A stretch of DNA of 62,283 nt, counting the filler, from Chiloscyllium plagiosum (taxonomy: Eukaryota): assembly GCF_004010195.1 (NCBI RefSeq). It is 4 parts of one record of this genome, joined end to end, with 100 filler letters (N's around TTAATTAATTAA, not from the genome) between each part and the next. Parts side by side here need not be neighbours in the genome. Positions count along the whole stretch, not along the records: positions 1 to 10,409 come from NC_057713.1; positions 10,510 to 41,173 come from NC_057713.1; 2 more parts are not named here. One strand, 5' to 3'. A program made the translations under genes and the position numbers. This document shows positions 1 through 11,184 of this stretch, in pieces (the first letter of the stretch is position 1; every line of letters begins with the position of its first letter). The notes under the pieces are model-generated. The model was not told the origin of the DNA and did no database searches. It worked only from the letters and a program-made list of their open reading frames with translations.

Positions 1-351
1 ACACACACACACACACACACCCAGTGATGGGAACATCTGTCCTGCAGCTGACCTTCCTAGCTCTGTTAGAATTTTATAGGTTTCTATCAGATTTCCTCCT
101 CGTTATCCTAAACTCCTGAGAATGCAATCCTGACCGACCTAGTCTCTGCTCATACATCGATGATACCATCCCAAGAATCAGTCCCTTGCTGTACTCCCTC
201 AGTAATAAGAACATCCTTCCACAGATAAGGAGACCCAGACTGCCCGCAATATTCCAGGTCTCGCCTCACAATGCCCTGCCGCCCCCATATCCTTATTCCT
301 GTATTCGATCCTCTCGCTATGAAGGCCAACCTACAGTCTCCCTTCTTTACT
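1..351 (-). mobile_element. CR1 LINE RT C-terminal fragment, duplicate of 2197-2547
   Basis: Minus-strand translation resembles the decayed CR1 motif LAFIARG...VRPHLEYCVQFWSP. No differences seen against 2197-2547 (offset 2196). Confidence 0.85.
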
Positions 352-379
352 GCCTGCAATCCTTTCATGCGATCAATCG

Positions 380-606
380 TCTTAGTCACTGTGGACACCC
401 ACTCAAAGGGACTGGTCCTTCGTACAGCTCATTTGTCAAACATAGGGATGACAATAAAAAACTGCGCGCAATTTTTGCAATTCACGGAATCTTGGAAGTG
501 TTGGTCACAGACAATAGGGCTTCGTTTACCAACAGGTAATTTGAGTATTTCCTAAAGTCGAATGTTATTCGGCATATAGGGACAGTTCCATACCATCCAT
601 CATCCA
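380..606 (+). mobile_element. Gypsy integrase core fragment
   Basis: Translates to LVTVDTHSK...KLRAIFAIHGILEVLVTDNRASFT...VPYHPSS (rve core). Near-identical inverted copy of 12182-12411. Confidence 0.85.
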
Positions 607-611
607 GTTTT

Positions 612-880
612 TACAGATGTAACATTAGAAGCATCCTGTCTGGGCACATCACAGCCTGGTACGGCAGCTGCTCGGCCCAGGACTGTAAGGAACTACAGAG
701 AGTCATGCACTCAGCCCGGAGCATCACAGAACACCAGCCGTCCATCCACGGACTCCATCTACACGGCTCACTGCCTCAGGAAGGTGGATAACGTCACCAA
801 ACCCCGGTTAGAATCGCTTCAAACATTTTGCATCGGGCAGAAGATGCAAAAGCTTAAACACACATGGCAACAGAAATGGC
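612..880 (+). mobile_element. Rex1/Babar-like LINE 3' fragment
   Basis: RCNIRSILSGHITAWYGSCSAQDCKELQRVMHSARSIT, homologous to the copy at 38059-38632. Confidence 0.7.
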
Positions 881-896
881 CTCTATCCCCGGACTC

Positions 897-1145
897 AGAG
901 GGGGAGCACTGCAGTGATTGTAACAAGGTCACTCAGGTGGACCTCATAGAATCTGAGTTCCCTGATTGGGGCTGTTAATCTGATCCAATCAGGGAGCCCT
1001 GGCTGACAGATATAACCAGGGGTGTCAGAGGGTCTGCTCACTCTGAGAGCTGGCTCTGAGGGAGCTGGGTCAGTGTCAAGGACTCTCCGTTTATAAATAA
1101 AGAGGGACTTGGTGATGGGATACCAGCCTCTGGGCAGTAATTTCA
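897..1145 (+). mobile_element. Gypsy polypurine tract plus 3' LTR (LTR 910-1145)
   Basis: AGAGGGGGAG tract followed by TGCAGTGATTG...AATTTCA (TG...CA ends), containing CCAAT, GATATAA and AATAAA. Homologous to the LTRs at 11185-11430, 21866-22099 and the split LTR at 15361-16553. Confidence 0.85.
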
Positions 1146-1904
1146 AGGAGATTTGTTTGAGAGGTTTTCAGAATCAGGGGTGGGCTGGTCAGACTGGATC
1201 GGGAGAAGCTGTAAAAGAAGCAAGACAGAGTGGAGATTGATTAACGTGATGTACAAATACAGAGAAACAGCTAAAAGCTAAGGTCTGGAAGGAACTGCCT
1301 GGAGGCAGGTTCAACTGAGACATTCAGGAGGGGCACTGGACGCCTGTTTGGCTAGAAATGGTGAGCAGGGATATGGGGGAAAGGCCCTCGGGGATAGAAC
1401 TGTGCAATCACAGGGGCCGAATGGCCTCATTCTACACATTAATAATTCTGTGACTGAGTGAGTGAGAGTGAAGAGACTGTAACTGAGCTATTTCCAGCAT
1501 CCAGCAGCATCTTCAAACACCACCAGTCCTAGTTGCAGAGTAGGCCATTCAGCCCATTGAGTCTGTCTGCTGTTCAGTGAAATCATGTGATGATCCTTAG
1601 CTCCAGTTTCCTGGCTTTTCCCTGGATTTCCCCTTCCTGATTAAAGACCTGGCTGCCTCTGCCTTGGACATACTCAAGTGTCCCAGTCTCGACAGCCCTC
1701 TGCGGGAAAGAATTCCACAGATTCCCTCCCTTCGGAGAGAAGGAATTCCTCCCCATCTCTAGGGAGGAAATGGGTGACCCCTTACTCGGAGATGATGCCC
1801 CTTGGTCGTAGCCTCTCCCACAGCAGGAAATGACCTCTCCAATCTCTCCGCACCGACCCTCCCAAGCCCCATAAGGATCTTGGATGATTCAATAAAGTAA
1901 CCTA

Positions 1905-3305
1905 GAAGCTCACAGTAGGAGGGGGTCATTCAGCCCCTTGAGCCTGCTGCACCATTCAATATGACCACGACCGACTATTGAGCTCAATATCCTAATCCCA
2001 CCCTCCCCCATGTCCCTGGATCCCTTTCACCACAAGAGCTAGATCTAACACCTTCTTGAAAACACACGATGCTTTGGTCTCGACAGCTTGAGAATTCCAC
2101 AGCCTCCCTCACCCTCCGGATGAAGACGTTTCTCCCCAGCTCAGTCCTGAAGGGGCTACCTGTTATCCTCAAACAATGACCCAGTTCTGGACTAACACAC
2201 ACACACACACACACACCCAGTGATGGGAACATCTGTCCTGCAGCTGACCTTCCTAGCTCTGTTAGAATTTTATAGGTTTCTATCAGATTTCCTCCTCGTT
2301 ATCCTAAACTCCTGAGAATGCAATCCTGACCGACCTAGTCTCTGCTCATACATCGATGATACCATCCCAAGAATCAGTCCCTTGCTGTACTCCCTCAGTA
2401 ATAAGAACATCCTTCCACAGATAAGGAGACCCAGACTGCCCGCAATATTCCAGGTCTCGCCTCACAATGCCCTGCCGCCCCCATATCCTTATTCCTGTAT
2501 TCGATCCTCTCGCTATGAAGGCCAACCTACAGTCTCCCTTCTTTACTACCTGCTGCACCTCTGGGCTTACTGTTAGCAACTGGTGCATGAGGACAGGTCT
2601 TGTTGGACCTTCCCCTCTCTCAATTTACAGCCATTCAAATAATAATCTGACTTTCTATTGTTACTACCAAAATGGGTAACCTTGCATTTATCCACATTAT
2701 GCTGCATTTGCCATGCATTTACCCACTCACTCAGCCTGTCCAAATCATGCTGCAACATCTCTCTATCCTCCTCACAGCTCACCCTTCTACCCAGCTTCAA
2801 TATTAACTGCAAATTTTGACATATTACATTTAGTTCCCTCATCTAAATCATTAACATATAGGTGAATAGCTGAGGTTCTAATACGGTTCCTGCAATCCCC
2901 CACTAGTCATTCCCCACCATTCAGACCCATTTATTCCTAATTTTTCTTTCCTGTCTGCTAACTTTTTTTTCCATCTCAGTTCACTACTTAATTTAACACA
3001 TTAATGCCTTATGTGGGGGCTTTGTCAAAGGCTTTCTGAAAGTCCAAATAAACCACATCCACTGGCTCCCTTGATCAACTCTAATTAGTTACATTTCCGA
3101 AGATTTCCAGCACATTTGTCAAGCAAGATTCCCCTTTTGTAAATCCATGCTGACTGTGTCTGATTCCAGGACTGGTTTCTAAGGGCTGTGCTAGAAAGTC
3201 CTCGAGAATCGACTCGCGCAGCATCCCGACCAGTCCCATCAGACTCACCGGCCTGTAATTCCTGGCCTGGTTTCTCTCCACCTCCCTTCAGATAGTGGGG
3301 TTACA
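1905..3305 (-). mobile_element. Decayed CR1 LINE (RT and 3' end)
   Basis: Minus-strand ORFs with NYRPVSL, SQHGFTKGESCLTN and LQHDLDRLSEWVNAWQMQHNVDKCKVTHFG. Confidence 0.85.
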
Positions 3306-3685
3306 TGGTCATCCTGTCAAGGTCAGACCCTTCAGCATCGGTGATCTCGCTGGTCGTTAGTGTTCACGGCACATGCTCACGCGATAAGGTGTAACACTGG
3401 CTGATGCTGGGAAATACTTTGAACATTTGAACTCTGACTGGCTCAGTTCTGGTAATGATTTGGTAATTTTATCAAAGTGAAATTTGACTTTCTGTCATTT
3501 CACCTTCGTTTCGTCCCCTGTGTCTGTTGTTACCTCTGACTTCCTTAGCATTTTCCAAACGCAGGAATAGTTTGGCTGCAATGTGACCTCACTGCCTGAT
3601 TGGAGCATTTCAGTGGCTGTGCTTTGTCTGTCAGAGATTGACTCGATTTCCAGATGATCCCTTTGTCCATTTTCTGTGCTGCCTC

Positions 3686-4561
3686 ACAGAGGGTGGTGGT
3701 GGAGGGTTGTTTTTCAGACTGGAGGCCTGTGACCAGTGGAGTGCCACAGGATCGGTGCTGGGTCCTCTACTTTGAGTCATTTACATAAATGATTTGGATG
3801 TGAGTATAAAAGGTACAGTTAGTAAGTTTGCAGATACCTCCAATTTTGGTGTCATCGTGGACAGCGAAGAGGTTACCTCAGATTACAACAGGATCTTGAC
3901 CAGATGGGCCAATGGGCTGAGAAGTGGCAGATGGAGTTTAATTCAGACAAATGTGAGGTGCTGCATTTTAGGAAAACAAATCTTAGCAGGACTTATACAC
4001 TTAATGGTAAGGTCCTAGGGAGTGTTGCTGAACAAAGAGACCTTGGAGTGCAGGTTCATAGCTCCTTGAAAGTGGAGTCACAGGTAGGTGAAGAAGGCGT
4101 TTGGTATGCNNNNNNNNNNNNNNNNNNNNNNNNNNNNNNNNNNNNNNNNNNNNNNNNNNNNNNNNNNNNNNNNNNNNNNNNNNNNNNNNNNNNNNNNNNN
4201 NNNNNNNNNNNNNNNNNNNNNNNNNNNNNNNNNNNNNNNNNNNNNNNNNNNNNNNNNNNNNNNNNNNNNNNNNNNNNNNNNNNNNNNNNNNNNNNNNNNN
4301 NNNNNNNNNNNNNNNNNNNNNNNNNNNNNNNNNNNNNNNNNNNNNNNNNNNNNNNNNNNNNNNNNNNNNNNNNNNNNNNNNNNNNNNNNNNNNNNNNNNN
4401 NNNNNNNNNNNNNNNNNNNNNNNATGAATAGGAAGGGTTTGGAGGGATATGGGCCGGGTGCTGGCAGGTGGGACTAGATTGGGTTGGGATATCTGATCGG
4501 CATGGGCGGGTTGGACTGAAGGGTCTGTTTCCATGCTGTACATCTCTATGACTCTATGACT
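3686..4561 (+). mobile_element. CR1 (HER1-like) LINE 3' part, spanning an N gap
   Basis: SGVPQ.SVLGP, SKFAD, QWAEKWQMEFNSDKCEVLHF; tail GAAGGGTCTGTTTCCATGCTGTACATCTCTATGACTCTATGA. Confidence 0.9.
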
Positions 4562-5423
4562 GGGGATGGGGTGGGGGTAATTGCGTGGTGTTGAATTTCT
4601 GAGCCCTTCACTTTGACATGAGGGGGATTGCCACAGCTGCTGATGTCAGGAATGTTGTCCTGACAGATGTGTGGAGTTCTCAGGCACTGTACTCTCTCAC
4701 TGGCTAGTGTCTGCTTTTCTCATCCTTATGGTCAGGATCAGAGTGAATGGGGACGAGGCATCCAGATCCTGGGAGGTCAGCTCCAGCTCTCATCCACAAT
4801 CTGTCCGGGATGTGAGGCAGCAGATGAGTAGACAGGCCGGGGGCTGGAAGGGCACAGTATCAAAAGAGCACAGGTTACAGAAGCAGGCCATTCTGCCCAT
4901 TGAGTCTGCTCCATACCCAGGGATCCCTTAGTGAAGAGGCAGGAGAGTGGAGGTCAGGATTATCAGATCAGCTATGATCTCATTAAATGGTGGAGCAGAC
5001 TCGATGGGCTGAGTGGCCTACGCCTGCGGGCATCCTTCCATTCTCTGTTTTTCTTTTTGTGGTGAACTCTCCTGACCTCCCACAATTCTCGGGTGACATT
5101 TTACTGGGACTGTGGTGTTTGTTGACTGGGACTATGGGGAGTGCCTGGCCAAGTCGGTGACTCCTCCACTGAATGTTCTAGTTTCACACTGAGCTTGAGA
5201 TAATGCCAGGCCAGGCCGTCAGATGTTGATTTACACAACGCACAGGAGGATCCCAGGCAAGCTGCACTGGGTTTCACCTTCTCACAGACTCCCTGGGACC
5301 AAGACCAGAGAAGGTGATGATGCCAGTTTGTAGTGAAGTCCCTCTGAACCACAGCCAGCAGCTACAAAACAGTTTCTTCACCCACTGTCCAACTCAGCTC
5401 AACACTCCCTTTCCAATCCAACT

Positions 5424-5569
5424 CTGACCCTCAGTGTGGTTATCTGTCCCTCGGTGTGGTTATCTGACCCTCAGTGTGGTTATCTGACCCTCAGTGTGGT
5501 TACTCTGACCCTCAGTGTGGTTACGCTGACCCTCAGTGTGGTTACTCTGACCCTCAGTGTGGTTACTCT
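5424..5569. repeat. 20/21-bp minisatellite CTGACCCTCAGTGTGGTTA(T/CT/CG), left arm
   Basis: Direct tandem repeats running into an N gap. Confidence 0.95.
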
Positions 5570-6506
5570 NNNNNNNNNNNNNNNNNNNNNNNNNNNNNNN
5601 NNNNNNNNNNNNNNNNNNNNNNNNNNNNNNNNNNNNNNNNNNNNNNNNNNNNNNNNNNNNNNNNNNNNNNNNNNNNNNNNNNNNNNNNNNNNNNNNNNNN
5701 NNNNNNNNNNNNNNNNNNNNNNNNNNNNNNNNNNNNNNNNNNNNNNNNNNNNNNNNNNNNNNNNNNNNNNNNNNNNNNNNNNNNNNNNNNNNNNNNNNNN
5801 NNNNNNNNNNNNNNNNNNNNNNNNNNNNNNNNNNNNNNNNNNNNNNNNNNNNNNNNNNNNNNNNNNNNNNNNNNNNNNNNNNNNNNNNNNNNNNNNNNNN
5901 NNNNNNNNNNNNNNNNNNNNNNNNNNNNNNNNNNNNNNNNNNNNNNNNNNNNNNNNNNNNNNNNNNNNNNNNNNNNNNNNNNNNNNNNNNNNNNNNNNNN
6001 NNNNNNNNNNNNNNNNNNNNNNNNNNNNNNNNNNNNNNNNNNNNNNNNNNNNNNNNNNNNNNNNNNNNNNNNNNNNNNNNNNNNNNNNNNNNNNNNNNNN
6101 NNNNNNNNNNNNNNNNNNNNNNNNNNNNNNNNNNNNNNNNNNNNNNNNNNNNNNNNNNNNNNNNNNNNNNNNNNNNNNNNNNNNNNNNNNNNNNNNNNNN
6201 NNNNNNNNNNNNNNNNNNNNNNNNNNNNNNNNNNNNNNNNNNNNNNNNNNNNNNNNNNNNNNNNNNNNNNNNNNNNNNNNNNNNNNNNNNNNNNNNNNNN
6301 NNNNNNNNNNNNNNNNNNNNNNNNNNNNNNNNNNNNNNNNNNNNNNNNNNNNNNNNNNNNNNNNNNNNNNNNNNNNNNNNNNNNNNNNNNNNNNNNNNNN
6401 NNNNNNNNNNNNNNNNNNNNNNNNNNNNNNNNNNNNNNNNNNNNNNNNNNNNNNNNNNNNNNNNNNNNNNNNNNNNNNNNNNNNNNNNNNNNNNNNNNNN
6501 NNNNNN

Positions 6507-7520
6507 GGAGATTTGGGTCAGTGACTGTGGGTCTGGTTTATATCAGACAGGAGGAGATTGGTGTCAGTGTCTGTGGGGCTGGTTTACATCAGACAGCGGG
6601 AGGATGGTGTCAGTGACTGTGGGGCTGGTTTATATCAGACAGGGGAGATTGGTGTCAGTGACTGTGGGGCTGGTTTATATCAGACAGGAGGGGATTCGTG
6701 TCAGTGTCCGTGGGGCTGGTTTATATCAGTCCGGGGAGATTGGTGTCAGTGACTGTGGGGCTGGTTTATATCAGACAAGGGGAGATTGGTGTCAGTGACT
6801 GTGGGTCTGGTTTATATCAGACAGGAGGAGATTGACGTCAGTGCCTGTGGGGTTGGTTTATATCAGACAGGAGGAGATTGGTGTCAGTGTCTGTGGGGCT
6901 GGTTTACATCAGACAGCGGGAGATTGGTGTCATTGACTGTGGGGCTGGTTTATATCAGACAGGGGAGATTGCTGTCAGCGACTGTGAGGCTGGTTTAAAT
7001 CAGACAGGGGAGATTAGTGTCAGTGTCTGTGGGGCAAGTTTATGTCAGACTGGTGCGGATTGGTGTCAGTGACTGTGGGTCTGGTTTATATCAGACAGGG
7101 GGAGATTGGTGTCCGTGACTTTGGGTCTGGTTTATACCAGACAGAGGAAAATGAGTGTCAGTGACTGAGCGTTAGTTTATATCAGACAGGGGGAGATTGT
7201 TGTCATTGTCTGTGTGTCATGTTTACATCAGACGGGTTGAGATTGGTGTCAGTGACTGTGGTGCCGGTTTATATCAGACAGGAGGACATTGGCGTCAGTG
7301 ACTGTGGGGCTGGTTTATGTCAGACAGGAAGGGAATGGTGTCAGTGACTGTGGGGCTGGTTTATATCAGACAAGGGGAGATTGGTGTCAGTGACTGTGGG
7401 GCTGGTTTATGTCAGACAGGAAGGGAATGGTGTCAGTGACTGTGGGGCTGGTTTATGTCAGACAGGAAGGGAATGGTGTCAGTGACTGTGGGGCTGGTTT
7501 ATATCAGACAGGGGAGATTG
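6507..7520. repeat. 45/46-bp minisatellite (GGAGATTGGTGTCAGTGACTGTGGGGCTGGTTTATATCAGACAGG)
   Basis: About 22 diverged tandem copies bounded by N gaps. Confidence 0.95.
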
Positions 7521-8114
7521 NNNNNNNNNNNNNNNNNNNNNNNNNNNNNNNNNNNNNNNNNNNNNNNNNNNNNNNNNNNNNNNNNNNNNNNNNNNNNNNN
7601 NNNNNNNNNNNNNNNNNNNNNNNNNNNNNNNNNNNNNNNNNNNNNNNNNNNNNNNNNNNNNNNNNNNNNNNNNNNNNNNNNNNNNNNNNNNNNNNNNNNN
7701 NNNNNNNNNNNNNNNNNNNNNNNNNNNNNNNNNNNNNNNNNNNNNNNNNNNNNNNNNNNNNNNNNNNNNNNNNNNNNNNNNNNNNNNNNNNNNNNNNNNN
7801 NNNNNNNNNNNNNNNNNNNNNNNNNNNNNNNNNNNNNNNNNNNNNNNNNNNNNNNNNNNNNNNNNNNNNNNNNNNNNNNNNNNNNNNNNNNNNNNNNNNN
7901 NNNNNNNNNNNNNNNNNNNNNNNNNNNNNNNNNNNNNNNNNNNNNNNNNNNNNNNNNNNNNNNNNNNNNNNNNNNNNNNNNNNNNNNNNNNNNNNNNNNN
8001 NNNNNNNNNNNNNNNNNNNNNNNNNNNNNNNNNNNNNNNNNNNNNNNNNNNNNNNNNNNNNNNNNNNNNNNNNNNNNNNNNNNNNNNNNNNNNNNNNNNN
8101 NNNNNNNNNNNNNN

Positions 8115-8938
8115 CTGACCCTCAGTGTGGTTATCTGACCCTCAGTGTGGTTATCTGACCCTCAGTGTGGTTATCTGACCCTCAGTGTGGTTATCTGACC
8201 CTCAGTGTGGTTATCTGACCCTCAGTGTGGTTATCTGACCCTCAGTGTGGTTATCTGACCCTCAGTGGGTTTGCGCTGACCCTCAGTGTGGTTATCTGAC
8301 CCTCAGTGTGGTTACTCTGACCCTCAGTGGGTTTGCGCTGACCCTCAGTGTGGTTACTCTGACCCTCAGTGTGGTTGCGCTGACCCTCAGTGTGGTTGCG
8401 CTGACCCTCAGTGTGGTTACTCTGACCCTCAGTGTGGTTATCTGACCCTCAGTGTGGTTACTCTGACCCTCAGTGTGGTTATCTGACCCTCAGTGTGGTT
8501 ACTCTGACCCTCGGTGTGGTTATCTGACCCTCAGTGTGGTTATCTGACCCTCAGTGTGGTTATCTGACCCTCAGTGTGATTACGCTGACCCTCAGTGTGG
8601 TTGCGCTGACCCTCAGTGTGGTTAATCTGACCCTCAGTGTGGTTATCTGACCCTCAGTGTGGTTATCTGACCCTCAGTGTGATTACGCTGACCCTCAGTG
8701 TGGTTATCTGACCCTCAGTATGGTTACTCTGACCCTCAGTGTGGTTGCGCTGACCCTCAGTGTGGTTAATCTGACCCTCAGTGTGGATATCTGACCCTCA
8801 GTGTGGTTACTCTGACCCTCAGTGTGGTTACGCTGACCCTCAGTGTGGTTATCTGACCCTCAATGGGGTTACCTGACCCTCAGTGTGGTTACTCTGACCC
8901 TCAGTGTGGTTACGCTGACCCTCAGTTTGGTTACTCTG
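8115..8938. repeat. 20/21-bp minisatellite CTGACCCTCAGTGTGGTTA(T/CT/CG), right arm
   Basis: About 40 tandem copies of the same unit as 5424-5569. Confidence 0.95.
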
Positions 8939-9090
8939 AAGAAGGGCTCATGCCCGAAGTGTCGATTCTCTTGTTCCTTTGATGCTGCCTGACCTGCTGC
9001 GCTTTTCCAGCAACACATTTTCAGCTACTTACCAAACAGCATAAATAGTAAGTGACAGACAGAGCTAAGCGATCCCACAACCAACCGATC

Positions 9091-9290
9091 AGAGTCTAGA
9101 TTAGAGAGTGGTGCTGGAAAAGCACAGCAGGTCAGGCAGCATCTGAGGAGCAGGAACATCAATGTTTCGGTGAAAAGCCCATTATCAGATTCCTGATGAC
9201 AGACTTTTGCCTGAAACGTCGATTCTCCTGCTCCTCGGATGCTGCCTGACCTGCTGTGTTTTTCCAGCACCACTCTCTAATCTAGACTCT
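9091..9290. mobile_element. Two Penelope-like terminal repeats in inverted (palindromic) arrangement
   Basis: AGAGTCTAGATTAGAGAGTGGTGCTGGAAAAGCACAGCAGG... is mirrored by ...CCTGCTGTGTTTTTCCAGCACCACTCTCTAATCTAGACTCT, centred near 9190. Confidence 0.8.
9189..9224 (+). ncRNA. Degenerate minimal hammerhead ribozyme motif (Penelope type)
   Basis: ATTC-CTGATGA-CAGACTTTTGCCT-GAAACGTC-GATT. Core boxes intact, stem II imperfect. Confidence 0.55.
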
Positions 9291-9334
9291 GATTTCCAGC
9301 ATCTGCAGTCCTCACTTTTGCCTAGATCAGAGTT

Positions 9335-9665
9335 TATTTCAATTCATTCACAGGATGAGTGTGTCACTGGCCAGACCCAGCATTTATTGCCTATATCTGA
9401 TCACCCAGAGGGCAGCTGCCTTGCTGTGGGTCTGGAGTCACCTGTACTCCAGCCCAGGTAAGGATGGCCGTTTCCTTCCCTAAAGGACATTGGTGACCCA
9501 GGTGGGGGTTCCCCTCCGACAATGGATTCATAGTCATCAGTAGACCCTTAATTCCAGATTTTCAAATTGAATTAAAATGTCAGTGTTTGCCATGGACCCC
9601 AGAACTTTATCTGAGCCTCTGGGTTAACAGTCCAACGATAATACAACTCAGCCCTCACCTTCCCA
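9335..9665 (-). mobile_element. tRNA-headed SINE (same family as 32233-32590)
   Basis: Shares GCTGTGGGTCTGGA...CCAGGTAAGGATGGCC...AAAGGACATT and the AATAAATGCTGG tail with 32233-32590. Confidence 0.65.
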
Positions 9666-9669
9666 GCCC

Positions 9670-10175
9670 CAGCTCTGCAGCCCTCTTACTTCCAGTGGTG
9701 AATGGTGGTGGATAATTAACTCACTCACTGGAGGAGGAGGCTTCACAAATATCCCCATCCTCAATGATGGAGGAGCCCAGCGCATCAGGGCAAAGATAAG
9801 GCTGATACATTTGCAGCAATCTTCAGTCAGAAGTGCTGAGTGGATGATCCATCTTGGGCTCTCCTGTGATCCCCAGCATCACAGATACCACGCTTCATTA
9901 GTTCACTCCACGTGATATCAAGGAAGGGCTGCAGCCACTGGATACTGCAAAGGCAGTGGGCCCTGAGAACATTCCGGCAACAGTACTGAAGACGTGTGCT
10001 CTAGAACTTGCCGCTCCGCTAGCCAAGCTGTCCAGTACAGTTCCAACACTGGCATCTACCCGACAATGTGGAAAATTGCCCAGTATGTCCTGTACATAAA
10101 AAGCAGGAGAAATCCAACCCATCAGTTTGCTCTTGGTCATCAGTAAAATAATGGAAGGTGTCAAGCTGTATCTGC
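9670..10175 (+). mobile_element. CR1-group LINE fragment (family of 32108-35490)
   Basis: Aligns by eye to about 33790-34270 (AKAVGPENIPATVLKTCALELAAPLAKL, GIYPTMWKIAQ). Confidence 0.75.
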
Positions 10176-10409
10176 TCAGGAAAAGGATTTAGCCGAGACG
10201 GGAGAGATTGAGCCATAGGGAGCAACTGGGCAGCCTGGGGCTGTTTTCCCCGGAGTGTCGGAGGCTGAGGGGTGACCTTATAGAGGTTTATACAATCATG
10301 AGGGGCATGGATAGGATAAATAGACAAGTCTCTTCCCTGGGGTCAGGGAGTCTAGGTGGGGAGGTGGGGAGAGAAGGGGAGGGGAGTGGAGGGAACGGGA
10401 GGGGAGAGG

Positions 10410-10509
10410 NNNNNNNNNNNNNNNNNNNNNNNNNNNNNNNNNNNNNNNNNNNNTTAATTAATTAANNNNNNNNNNNNNNNNNNNNNNNNNNNNNNNNNNN
10501 NNNNNNNNN
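10410..10509. other. Artificial contig spacer 44N-TTAATTAATTAA-44N
   Basis: Exact 100-bp construct that occurs three times in the window. TTAATTAATTAA places stop codons in all six frames. Confidence 0.95.
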
Positions 10510-11184
10510 CAAGTCCTGAAGCAGGTCCTGCTCCATAACCATCTGATGAAGAAGCAGCGCTCTGAAAGCTAGTGCTTCCTGATAAACCTGCTGGACTATA
10601 ACCTGGTGTTGTGTGATTTTTAACTTCCGTCTTAGAAGCATAGCAGTAGGACCAGGAGTAAGCCATTCAACCCTTGGAGCCTGTTGTGCCATTCAGTATG
10701 ATCATGACTGATTGTTCAACTCAATACCATGTCTCTATTTGTTCCTCACCACCTTTGATACCTTAAGCTCTAAGTATGATGTCTAATTCAATGCTTTGAC
10801 CTCAACCACGGTCCGTGGCAGCAAATTCCACAGGCTCACTACTGTCTGGATGAAGCATTTCTCCACTTCTTTGTTCTGGCCTATCCTATATCCTTACACT
10901 TTTGATCCCTTCTCTAGATTCCCCTTCCTGTGTTTACCCATGTCCAGTCTTGCAGAATTTTATAGATGTCTATGAAACCACCCATTATTCTTCGAAACCC
11001 TAGTGAAGATATTCCCAACTGATCCAGTCTCTTGACATCCCAGATATCAGTCTTGCACTTATCAGGACAATTTATAAGAATATAAATTCAAAGAGAAATC
11101 CAACATTTATACTGCATGTAAAGAGAGTGCTGATTGGTTGGTAAGTGAATCTATAATGGTAGAGGTGTCATGGAGAATGCACCC

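Noticed and set aside
5424..8938. CRISPR array or CGY-repeat protein
   Set aside because: Head-to-tail tandem units with no unique spacers in a eukaryotic context. The ORFs are translations of minisatellites and N runs.
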